Below are positions 39,327-47,454 of a stretch of DNA of 48,697 nt, piece by piece. The position numbers and the translations under genes were made by a program. How positions within the stretch are numbered: position 1 is the stretch's first letter; every line of letters starts with the position of its first letter. The notes beneath the pieces are model-generated. The model worked only from the letters and a program-made list of their open reading frames with translations, searched no databases and was not told the origin of the DNA. The stretch lies in assembly GCA_964444045.1 (NCBI GenBank), contig CAYUFQ010000001.1, positions 1 to 48,697 on the forward strand, in the 5' to 3' direction. The stretch is from an uncultured Bacteroides sp. (lineage in GTDB: Bacteria; Bacteroidota; Bacteroidia; Bacteroidales; Muribaculaceae).

Positions 39327-40526
39327 TCAGGCCGACCAGGTGTGATATTCCGTGCGGCGGTGGCGGCTGCGCATGCGGGCCAGCAGATTGGTCAGCGGGC
39401 GGCGCAGCATCATGGGCAGCACCATCGGCATTGCCGGCAGGCAGCGCAGGGCCTTGAGAGTGCGCCGCCAGGTAAGGCCGAGCACTATGATGCAGAGCAG
39501 CAGCGCGAACGCATATGCGCCGAGGGCTATCCAGTTACGCAGCAGGGCTGCCAGGGCGATTCCGGCCACGGAACCGACGGTCATGACCCAGGCCATCAGC
39601 GACGAGAATCCGCAGAAGCGATGAGCCGCGTGCGAGAGCGGGCGCTCGGTGTAGACTCGCGCGGCGCGGCCGCGGTTGAATTCGCTGCGCGAGTCGGGCT
39701 GCGGGTAGCGCACGGCCGCCTGAGCCGCGCATACCACTGCCGTTTGCCCCTGACGGGCTATTTTGCTGATGAAAATGTCGTCGTCGCCTTCGCGCAGGTT
39801 CAGTGCGCCCTCGAAGCCGCCCGCGTTGAAGAATGCGTCGGCTCTGAAGGCCATGTTCATGCGGTGGGCGCGATACGGCTTGCCGCGCAGGGCGGCAGCG
39901 AGCCAGCGGGTGGCGTCGGCGCCGTGGGTGAACGACCGGTAGCGGCGGCCGCGCCCGCGGTCGTATTTCGCGCCGGGTAATGCCGTGCCGGCCACCAGCG
40001 TGACCTCTTCGCGGCCAAAGGGCTCCATCATCCGTGCCAGCCATTGCGTCGAGAAGATGCGCGACTGCTCGGTGAGCGACAGTATCACCGGATGGTGCGC
40101 CGCCTTGATGCCAAGGGTCAGCGCCAGCTTGCGGTGCGACACGTTGCGCAGCCCCGGCGGGGTGAACGTGATGTAGAGGTTGGGTCGGTGCTGAAGGTGC
40201 TTTATGCGGGTCACCACGTCTTTCACGTCGTCGTTCTTGCCGTCGTTGACCACCACCACCTCCATCTCCCCGGCATATTCCTGCTCGAAGAGCCGGGCAA
40301 GCAGCCGCTCGAGCGCCGGAGCGTCATCGCCGGCCACTATCACCACCGATGCGCCCGGCGGGGTGGGGCGCGGGTCGGGATTGAACGGTGCGGCCGTCTG
40401 CTCCCTTATGGCTTTGCCCACGGAGGCCACCCGGGCCCTGTAATACGTGAGCAGCCATGCCGCGGCTATGGCCACAGGCGCTCCGAGCCAAATCATTATG
40501 TCGGTCAGGGGCAGTTGAGTTGTCAT
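39327..40526 (-). CDS. membrane-bound family 2 glycosyltransferase
   Basis: GT2 pattern SVVIVAGDDAPALERLL...EVVVVNDGKNDD with flanking TM segments. The ATG overlaps the lgt stop (ATGA). Confidence 0.7.
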   Translation of the reverse strand: MTTQLPLTDIMIWLGAPVAIAAAWLLTYYRARVASVGKAIREQTAAPFNPDPRPTPPGASVVIVAGDDAPALERLLARLFEQEYAGEMEVVVVNDGKNDDVKDVVTRIKHLQHRPNLYITFTPPGLRNVSHRKLALTLGIKAAHHPVILSLTEQSRIFSTQWLARMMEPFGREEVTLVAGTALPGAKYDRGRGRRYRSFTHGADATRWLAAALRGKPYRAHRMNMAFRADAFFNAGGFEGALNLREGDDDIFISKIARQGQTAVVCAAQAAVRYPQPDSRSEFNRGRAARVYTERPLSHAAHRFCGFSSLMAWVMTVGSVAGIALAALLRNWIALGAYAFALLLCIIVLGLTWRRTLKALRCLPAMPMVLPMMLRRPLTNLLARMRSRHRRTEYHTWSA

Positions 40527-41584
40527 TTCTTCGAATCGGTGTCAGCGAACTTGTTGGGGAACGTCATGGCCAGGCGCGGACGCTTCATAGCGCGCCACAC
40601 GAGAATCACCCCGGCCACTATGAACGGAACGCTCAGCAGTTGCCCCATGTTCAATATCATGTTGTTTTCAAACTCCTCCTGCGGATTTTTCACGAATTCA
40701 ATCAGCAGCCGGCTCAGGAACACACCTATAAAGAATATGCCCAGCAGCAGTCCGGGGCGCTCTTCGGCGTTTTTGCGCCAGTAGAGCCACATCAGCAGGC
40801 CGAACAGCAGCAGATAGGTTCCGGCCTCATAGAGCTGCGTGGGGTGGCACGGAATCTCCGACCCGTTGAAACGGAAGCCCCATGGCAGCGAGGTCGGATG
40901 GCCGTAAATCTCGGAATTGAACAGGTTGCCCAGGCGAATCAGACAGGCCACCAGCGCCACCGGCACGCACAGACGGTCAAACGACCACAGGGGCGACTTC
41001 TTGGTGACAAACGCCGAGTAGAGGAATATGGCCAGAATTATGCCTATCGTGCCGCCGTGGCTGGCCAGGCCCCCCTCCCACACCGCGAGAATCTTGGCCG
41101 GGTGGGCCGAATAGTAATCCCATTTATAGAAGAAGCAGTGGCCCAGGCGGGCGCCTACGATGGTGGCCACGAGCACGTAGATGAGCATCGACGGCAGCCA
41201 CTGCTCGCGCGCTCCTTCGTGGCGGAACATGTGCCACATGATGCGATAGCCCGCTATGAAGCCGATGAGAAACATCAGCCCGTACCAGCGCACGCTCAGC
41301 GGCCCTACCGTCAGCCCCGCCGGATTGTGGATGCGCAGCGCCAGAAGCACCGCGCCGATCAGTGCGGCCATCAGAGTGCCGTTCCAGCCGTCCTGAGGCT
41401 TGGCGGCGGCCTTTGCTCCGGCTTCCTTCCATTTTTTCAGCGCTTTGGCCGAGCGCAGATGGTCGGCCAAAGCCCACGCCGCGCATATGAAGATGCCGAG
41501 CAGCAACATGCCCGGTGACACGTTGAAAGGTCCGGCCGAAAACAGCACCGGATCCCAGGTCCAGGTGATAAAACTGAATATCAT
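40523..41584 (-). CDS. lgt: prolipoprotein diacylglyceryl transferase with a duplicated or extended N-terminal segment
   Basis: GPLSVRWYGLMFLIGF, GGLASHGG and HPTQLYEAGTYLLLF are Lgt signatures. I take the ATG at 41584 as the start because a -7 box sits directly upstream; the track start at 41803 overlaps the TatD-like gene. Confidence 0.8.
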   Translation of the reverse strand: MIFSFITWTWDPVLFSAGPFNVSPGMLLLGIFICAAWALADHLRSAKALKKWKEAGAKAAAKPQDGWNGTLMAALIGAVLLALRIHNPAGLTVGPLSVRWYGLMFLIGFIAGYRIMWHMFRHEGAREQWLPSMLIYVLVATIVGARLGHCFFYKWDYYSAHPAKILAVWEGGLASHGGTIGIILAIFLYSAFVTKKSPLWSFDRLCVPVALVACLIRLGNLFNSEIYGHPTSLPWGFRFNGSEIPCHPTQLYEAGTYLLLFGLLMWLYWRKNAEERPGLLLGIFFIGVFLSRLLIEFVKNPQEEFENNMILNMGQLLSVPFIVAGVILVWRAMKRPRLAMTFPNKFADTDSKK

Positions 41585-41589
41585 GGCGG

Positions 41590-41597
41590 CAAAGTTA
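41590..41597 (-). promoter_or_regulatory. -7 box TAACTTTG (minus strand) 5 nt upstream of the lgt ATG
   Basis: The plus strand reads caaagtta. Confidence 0.4.
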
Positions 41598-41669
41598 CGC
41601 AAAAAATACAACCCCGACAAAATCCCTTCTCCCTTTTCGCCAACCTTCCAGCCATTCCGGCCATTACAA

Positions 41670-42173
41670 TCAGTCGGTTTCGTGGAGCAGGCGGTCGGGG
41701 GGAATGACCGCGGTGGCTGCGGGATTATGCTTCTGACCGACAGAGATATGGAAGCCAGCCCTGACGAGCTGCGCGGCCAGAGCCGGCTTGCCGCGGAAGC
41801 CATGGATTATCCAGGGCTGCGCAGGGTTCATCTGCTTGCGCAGGGCCATGATTTCGCCCCATGCGCCCACTATGTGGAGAATCAGTGGCTTCCCGGTCCG
41901 CTCCGCCAGCAGGGCATGGCGGCGGGTCAGTTCAATCTGGGCGTCGACCGGGCCGGCTCCGCGCAGCTTGTCGATGCCACATTCGCCAATCAGCGCCACC
42001 TGCGGATGTTCGGCCATACGCTCCACCCACTCCATGTCGGCTCCGGGCTGCCACGGGTGCCACCCCACGCTATACAGCGCGCCGGGGCGCATGGCCATGC
42101 CGGGCTCGAGGTTTATAACGGCATCGGTGGCCTCGGGATTATGGGTGTGGATGTCGGCTACCGGCGGTATCAC
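41670..42173 (-). CDS. short TatD-family metal-dependent hydrolase-like protein
   Basis: The GTG start overlaps the prfA stop (GTGA). Motifs DIHTHN, IGECGIDK and a terminal HETD are present. At 167 aa it is shorter than classical TatD. Confidence 0.55.
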   Translation of the reverse strand: MIPPVADIHTHNPEATDAVINLEPGMAMRPGALYSVGWHPWQPGADMEWVERMAEHPQVALIGECGIDKLRGAGPVDAQIELTRRHALLAERTGKPLILHIVGAWGEIMALRKQMNPAQPWIIHGFRGKPALAAQLVRAGFHISVGQKHNPAATAVIPPDRLLHETD

Positions 42174-43273
42174 TGCTGCGCTGACTCGAGCTTGGCGGCG
42201 TTTTCGGCAATGGTCAGCTTGTCGATGACCTCCTGGATGTCGCCGCCGAGAAATGCCGGCAGATTATATATGGTGTAGTTGATGCGATGGTCGGTGATGC
42301 GCCCCTGCGGGAAGTTGTAGGTGCGGATTTTGGCCGAACGGTCGCCGGTGCTCACGAGGGTTTTGCGGCGCGAGGCAATGTCGTCGACATATTTCTGATG
42401 CTCGCGGTCGTAGATGAACGTGCGCAGGCGGCTCAGGGCGCGCTCTTTGTTTTTGGGCTGGTCGCGCGTCTCGGTGCATTCTATCAGAATCTCCTCGCTC
42501 ACGCCGGTGACAGGGTTTTTCCACATATAGCGCAGGCGCACGCCCGACTCCACCTTGTTGACGTTCTGACCGCCGGCACCGCCCGAGCGGAAAGTGTCCC
42601 ATTTGATTTCGCCCTCGTTGATTTCAACGTCGAACTCTTCGGCTTCGGGCAATACGGCCACTGTGGCTGCCGACGTGTGCACCCGGCCCTGGGTTTCGGT
42701 GGCCGGCACGCGCTGCACCCGGTGCACTCCGCTCTCATATTTAAGAGTGCCGTACACGTCGGTGCCGCTCACTGCAAACACAATCTCCTTGAATCCGCCG
42801 GCCGCCCCCTCGCTGACCGAGGTGATGGCCACCGTCCACCCCTTGCTCTCGCAATATCTGGCATACATCTTGAAAAGGTCGCCGGCGAAGAGCGCGGCCT
42901 CATCGCCGCCCGTGCCGCCGCGAATCTCCACTATGGCGTTCTTGGCATCTTCGGGGTCGGCCGGAATGAGCAGAATCTTTATTTCCTCCTCGAGGGCGGG
43001 CAGGGCGGCCGTGGCCTCGTCGAGTTCCTCGCGGGCCAGCAGGCGCAGGTCTTCATCGCGCTCGGATTCGAGCACGGCCTTTGCCTCGGCCTCGTTGGCC
43101 AGCAGGGTGCGATAGCGGCGCATGGCGCCGGTGAGCCGCTCAAGCTCTTTATACTCCTTTGTCAGAGCCACATATCGCTTCATGTCGGCAATCACATCGG
43201 GGTCGGTTATGAGCGTCGAGACCTCCTCAAAGCGCTCCTCAACCCCGTCAAGACGGGTCAATAAATCGTTCAT
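42170..43273 (-). CDS. prfA: peptide chain release factor 1
   Basis: GGQ motif (SGGAGGQNVNKVES) and the RF1-type PAT tripeptide (RVPATETQGR). Confidence 0.9.
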   Translation of the reverse strand: MNDLLTRLDGVEERFEEVSTLITDPDVIADMKRYVALTKEYKELERLTGAMRRYRTLLANEAEAKAVLESERDEDLRLLAREELDEATAALPALEEEIKILLIPADPEDAKNAIVEIRGGTGGDEAALFAGDLFKMYARYCESKGWTVAITSVSEGAAGGFKEIVFAVSGTDVYGTLKYESGVHRVQRVPATETQGRVHTSAATVAVLPEAEEFDVEINEGEIKWDTFRSGGAGGQNVNKVESGVRLRYMWKNPVTGVSEEILIECTETRDQPKNKERALSRLRTFIYDREHQKYVDDIASRRKTLVSTGDRSAKIRTYNFPQGRITDHRINYTIYNLPAFLGGDIQEVIDKLTIAENAAKLESAQQ

Positions 43274-43277
43274 GATG

Positions 43278-43285
43278 CAAAGTTA
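43278..43285 (-). promoter_or_regulatory. -7 box TAACTTTG (minus strand) 4 nt upstream of the prfA ATG
   Basis: The plus strand reads caaagtta. Confidence 0.4.
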
Positions 43286-43426
43286 CGAAAATTTTTACAG
43301 AATTTTTTGAACTTTCCGGCGCAGGTCTGTGTTATATTTTCAAAACAACGAAACAACAACGATTCAACAACAACAACGATTCAACTTTAAATTCACATTA
43401 TATAACTCAATTCAACTACTACCGTT

Positions 43427-44488
43427 ATGAAAAAGGCACTTTTAATGATGGCCGTTCTCCTTGGAGGCATGACCGCCGTCGCACAGTCAATCGACAAGAA
43501 CGAGCTCAAGCAGCTCAAGTCGTTCCTCACTCAGACCTCTGCTGAAGAAGGAAAAACCAATGCCGAAGTTCTGAAAATCACTGACCTGACCAAACCCGCC
43601 ACTTGGGAGGGCGTCACAGTAGCCGACGGCCACGTGACCGAAATCAAGTGGAGCGACAAGAAACTTGCAGGCGATTTCACCGCCACCGGATTCTCAGCGC
43701 TGACCTCAGCCGACATTTCGCGCAACAGCATTTCATCGGCCAACTTCGACGGCTCGGCCGCAGTGACCACCATCAATGCTTACCGCAACAAGCTCACGGC
43801 GTTCTCGGCCGACGGATGTACCGCCCTGCAGAAACTGAATATCTACCGCAACCGCCTGACCGATATCGATATCAACGGCACCCCGATGCTGCAAACCCTC
43901 AACGTCAGCAACAACAACTTCGTTGAATTCTCGGTTGCCAACAGCGCTAACCTCCGCACTCTCAACTGTCAGGGTTGCCACATCGAACGCCTCGACATCA
44001 GCGGATGCACTGCCCTGAAACACCTCTATGCCGGCTACAACAAGCTCACCGAACTTGAACTCGTGGGAGTTGAAAGCCTCCAGAACATCAACATTGATAG
44101 CAACGACATGAAGACGCTGATTATCAGCAATCTGCCCTCGCTTGGCACCCTGCTCTGCTCCGACAACCAGCTCACCTCGCTCACTGTTCGCGAATGTCCC
44201 GTGATGCTCGACCTCGTTTGCTCCTACAATGACCTTACCTCTCTGCAAGTTGCATCTTGCCCTCAGCTCCAATACGTTGACTGCTCTTACAACGACCTGA
44301 CCGAGCTCTACCTCGACAACTTCAACTTCCTCCAGCGCGTGATTTGCAATAACAACCAGCTGCAGACTCTCTCAGTCACCTTCGACGATGCTCTCCGCTA
44401 CATCAACTGCCGCTACAACCAAATCACCGACTTCCGCACCACAGGCTCTAACGACATTCAGCAGGTTGCCTGCCAGTGGAACTACTAA
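43427..44488 (+). CDS. secreted leucine-rich repeat (LRR) protein
   Basis: Signal peptide MKKALLMMAVLLGGMTAVAQS, followed by about 12 units of ~22 aa of the form L..L.C..N.LT.LD...C..L. Confidence 0.8.
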   Translation: MKKALLMMAVLLGGMTAVAQSIDKNELKQLKSFLTQTSAEEGKTNAEVLKITDLTKPATWEGVTVADGHVTEIKWSDKKLAGDFTATGFSALTSADISRNSISSANFDGSAAVTTINAYRNKLTAFSADGCTALQKLNIYRNRLTDIDINGTPMLQTLNVSNNNFVEFSVANSANLRTLNCQGCHIERLDISGCTALKHLYAGYNKLTELELVGVESLQNINIDSNDMKTLIISNLPSLGTLLCSDNQLTSLTVRECPVMLDLVCSYNDLTSLQVASCPQLQYVDCSYNDLTELYLDNFNFLQRVICNNNQLQTLSVTFDDALRYINCRYNQITDFRTTGSNDIQQVACQWNY

Positions 44489-44534
44489 TACGACGGTTGA
44501 ATTAAGTTAATATATCCCGTCCGATTCTCGGATC

Positions 44535-44565
44535 GATGCCGGCCCCTCAAAGGCCGGCATCTTTT
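44535..44565 (+). terminator. rho-independent terminator of the LRR gene
   Basis: A 10-bp stem (gatgccggcc 44535-44544 / ggccggcatc 44552-44561) followed by TTTT. Confidence 0.8.
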
Positions 44566-45136
44566 GCACATATAGTAGAACGTCGTTATTTTTGTAGAAT
44601 AAATTGCTCACAAGAGCGTCAATCTCAAATATATTTGCTAACTTTGTGCTATCCGATGGAGGAGAAATACCGTCGGAGAAGAAAAGTGTCAAACTTTCTT
44701 TCTCAGCAAGACGAATCGCCAATTCAATAACAGACTGAGATGGAGTGAGATTAGACGCTCTTTCTGTCTTTGTCAAGCCTAACCGGTGGCCTATGATGCT
44801 GCTACTTAGCATAGACAAATTCAGAGGGGCAGTTTATTCTACCCTCATATATCATTCAGTCTGTAGGCTTTGGCGAGCCTGTCTTGCTATGATAGAGGTG
44901 CGATAAATTCCCCTCTTTTCTTGTACCCATATCAAACCGCCGAATTAGGGAGTCAAGAGGCAAAAAACTATAATTAACGTGAAAAGACGGTTATCTATAC
45001 AATTACCACTAATGGCAAAAGTTGGGAAGAAACAAGAGTCCTTTGAGATGGCACAAAGATTACACGTAATATAATAAAATATCAATTGATAACGTTATAT
45101 TTAAATTTAATTTTTTAACTATATGTTTAAAAAACC

Positions 45137-46321
45137 ATGACATTCAAAACCACGCCTAAAAATGTAACAAAGCTTTCCAAATGTGAGATATTTGTTTTTG
45201 GTAGTAATATTTTAGGAGAACATACTGGTGGCGCTTCTCTTACTGCTTATAAAAAATTTGGTGCAGAATGGGGAATAGGCTTTGGACCTACAGGACAATG
45301 TTACGCTATACCAACTATGCAAGGTGATATAGAGTCCATAAGGCCTTATGTAGACAAATTTATAGAGTATGCCAAAACACATCCTAATAATCGTTTTCTT
45401 GTCACTCGTTTAGGATGTGGATATGCCGGATTTTCCGATGATGAAATGGCACCACTGTTCACCGATGCGTTTGATTTGCCAAATGTTCATTTACCTGAAA
45501 AGTGGCGTAATATTATCTTTGCCCCTCGCTTTATGGATGCGTTATTTGGGAGTGTATCTGTTAATAAATCAGTAGAAATTCCTCCTGTCATTACCGAACA
45601 AGACCTGATTCGTCTTTGTGATGAATATAAGTATATAATTGGGGCTGGCATAAAAACTGTCTCAAAACCTCATATTAGAATTCGTTATGTGATTGATAAT
45701 AACCGTTTTGGTTATGCTAACTTCGGTGATTTCTTTTTCTTTGGTGATGACGACCTATATGTATGGACACGAAAAAAAGAATTTGAAGAATACCATAATC
45801 AAGATGTCGTGGAAGGATATTTTAACGATGAATGCACAGGGCGTGGTTTCTGCCATAGAGTGATATTTGCGGGTGTTAAAACTCCGTATTATGATTCCAA
45901 AGGGGAGCCGATCTTCACCGGCGATGTGCTTAAGATACTTACTATCGGTTTTGATGGCAAAAAAGATGTCTCTGATAAAGAATTTGAAGATAGGTCTGAA
46001 ATTCTTGCTTTTGGCACACTTGGCGAAAACACTAAAGATAGTTCAGCTGCCTATTGTTTCCCATTAGATAATCATTGTATAACACCTGAAATGGTAGCCC
46101 GCTGGGAGCGAATCGGAACTGTGTTTTATCAACTTGATCATAACGAAAAGCTAATTCCGATTACAGAAAGATGTTTTGAATTTCAAGACATATATCATAT
46201 GGGCCTTGATAAGGAGAAAAAGAGAATAATGGCGCGATATACTCCTAATTCCGATAAAGAAGTCTGGAAGTATCTTGCATTAGAACTTATTGGGTGCGAG
46301 GAATATAAATGGAGAAAATAA
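45137..46321 (+). CDS. phage-type protein: N-terminal A1S_2505-like (FVFGSN...GxxGG...IPT...GCGYAG) domain fused to a YopX-like C-terminal region
   Basis: 394 aa, AT-rich. The N-terminus EIFVFGSNILGEHTGGASLTAYKKFGAEWG...QCYAIPT...FLVTRLGCGYAGFSDDEMAPLF matches a phage non-structural protein family I recall from memory. The C-terminal YYDSKGEPIFTGDVLKIL...WERIGTVFYQL resembles the YopX pattern. Confidence 0.65.
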   Translation: MTFKTTPKNVTKLSKCEIFVFGSNILGEHTGGASLTAYKKFGAEWGIGFGPTGQCYAIPTMQGDIESIRPYVDKFIEYAKTHPNNRFLVTRLGCGYAGFSDDEMAPLFTDAFDLPNVHLPEKWRNIIFAPRFMDALFGSVSVNKSVEIPPVITEQDLIRLCDEYKYIIGAGIKTVSKPHIRIRYVIDNNRFGYANFGDFFFFGDDDLYVWTRKKEFEEYHNQDVVEGYFNDECTGRGFCHRVIFAGVKTPYYDSKGEPIFTGDVLKILTIGFDGKKDVSDKEFEDRSEILAFGTLGENTKDSSAAYCFPLDNHCITPEMVARWERIGTVFYQLDHNEKLIPITERCFEFQDIYHMGLDKEKKRIMARYTPNSDKEVWKYLALELIGCEEYKWRK

Positions 46322-46353
46322 TTCAAATCTAATTAATTACATAATTAAATCTT

Positions 46354-46893
46354 ATGAATCAATCATCAAAACAATCATTAGGAGCAAGCGGGGAATATGA
46401 GGTAATATCACGTCTTATATTACAAGGTTGGGACGCTTGCATTTCAAATCTGACAAAAAACAATTTCAAGTTAATAGATGTTTTTTGTCATAACCCCGAA
46501 CTAAGCAAATTAGTTGGAATTCAGGTCAAGACTACAACAAAAAACATTTTTCCCATTGGAATGACTATCGGAGATATAAGAAGCGGTAATTGGCATTCCA
46601 AGATTTTAGGCCCATGGATTTTTGTGCAAGTTAAAGGTACAATTACGAAACCAGATTTTAGATTCTTCATTCTTTCGCGTTCTGAAATGATTAAAATGGT
46701 TGAAGTTACGCATGATTGGTACATTAATCAATGGAATCGGACTAAACCTCTATCGGATAGAGGAGTTGTATGTATCTATTTGAAATGGCTGGAAAAAATA
46801 GATGAAAAGGCAAAGTTTAGCGTTCATCCACAATGTATAATTCCTTTAAAAGAATCTGCAGAGAATCAATGGTCAAAACTTTGGGATGACTAA
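46354..46893 (+). CDS. PD-(D/E)xK nuclease-superfamily-like protein
   Basis: 179 aa, starting 32 nt after the upstream gene. GASGEYEVISRLILQGW...KLIDVFCHNP...VGIQVKTT fits an E...D...(Q/E)xK nuclease core, as in Hjc or restriction-endonuclease-like folds. Confidence 0.6.
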   Translation: MNQSSKQSLGASGEYEVISRLILQGWDACISNLTKNNFKLIDVFCHNPELSKLVGIQVKTTTKNIFPIGMTIGDIRSGNWHSKILGPWIFVQVKGTITKPDFRFFILSRSEMIKMVEVTHDWYINQWNRTKPLSDRGVVCIYLKWLEKIDEKAKFSVHPQCIIPLKESAENQWSKLWDD

Positions 46894-46968
46894 TTATTTT
46901 TGCGTATTAAAGCACTGATTTAATTAGGGCATTGAAAAAGTCTTTCTTGGGCTAAGGCATTAAATTAG

Positions 46969-47012
46969 TCGGCATATATTCAGGCAATTGTTTGTATATA
47001 TGCCGATTTTTG
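46969..47012 (+). terminator. rho-independent terminator ending the two-gene island operon
   Basis: An 11-bp perfect stem (tcggcatatat 46969-46979 / atatatgccga 46996-47006) with a 16-nt loop, followed by TTTTT. Confidence 0.8.
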
Positions 47013-47156
47013 TTCTCCCGATATGGGCATAATCTAACGGGTACAAGCCCCGAGTGCGCCCTGATGGTGGGAGATACATAGTGTTACCTCCTACTCGATT
47101 GCGCATTACAGAACGAGAAGTGTATGAGTGATATTTGGATTGTGGAGAAAATGCAC

Positions 47157-47164
47157 TAACTTTG
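47157..47164 (+). promoter_or_regulatory. orphan -7 box TAACTTTG with no convincing downstream gene
   Basis: Motif match. Downstream there is only a weak 88-codon GTG ORF (47128..47394) and a small hairpin (ctttcg/cgaaag). Confidence 0.3.
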
Positions 47165-47419
47165 CAAAAAAGAAAGTACAGCTTTCGATTTTCGAAAGTG
47201 CAACTTTAGAATTTTACGGCAGCGGATTGCATCTGTTTGAAATAACGGCGGCAAGGACTCTCAAACCCGAGTTTACCGCTAATATGAAAGCGGTTTCGGC
47301 TTCAGTGGGCGGAGTCAGGACGTCGACGGTTATATACGATGGAGAGGATTTTCCGCCGCTGGCGGTGAAATTTCGTCATGTTATCGAGGTGTAGTGCAGG
47401 GAATCTGCAAAAAAATTCT

Positions 47420-47427
47420 TATCTTTG
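47420..47427 (+). promoter_or_regulatory. -7 box TATCTTTG upstream of purH
   Basis: It lies 27 nt upstream of the ATG at 47455. Confidence 0.5.
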
Positions 47428-47454
47428 CGGTGTTCTTAAGAATTTACACCATAT

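Noticed and set aside
44507-44818. A TTG-initiated 103-aa minus-strand ORF at the left edge of the AT-rich island. Its N-terminal part (TKTERASNLTPSQSVIELAIRLAEKESLTL) looks faintly like a ribbon-helix-helix or HTH protein.
   Set aside because: It has a non-ATG start and no promoter box. Its 3' third runs through the LRR gene terminator hairpin, and there is no upstream continuation in any frame. At best it is a gene remnant, so I did not call it.
44920-47047. A 9-bp inverted match (cttgtaccc at 44920-44928 and gggtacaag at 47039-47047) as possible island termini.
   Set aside because: It is too short to distinguish from chance, does not extend, and does not coincide with the GC break on the left side.
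47200-47400. A possible ZTP (pfl) riboswitch upstream of purH, since purH is a classic ZTP-regulated gene.
   Set aside because: Sequences such as gggcggagtcaggacg and ccgccgctggcgg only loosely resemble the conserved GGGUCGUGACUGGCG and CCGCCUGGGC cores. purH also has its own -7 box downstream of this region (47420), so the segment would not be in the purH leader. An Infernal scan would settle it.
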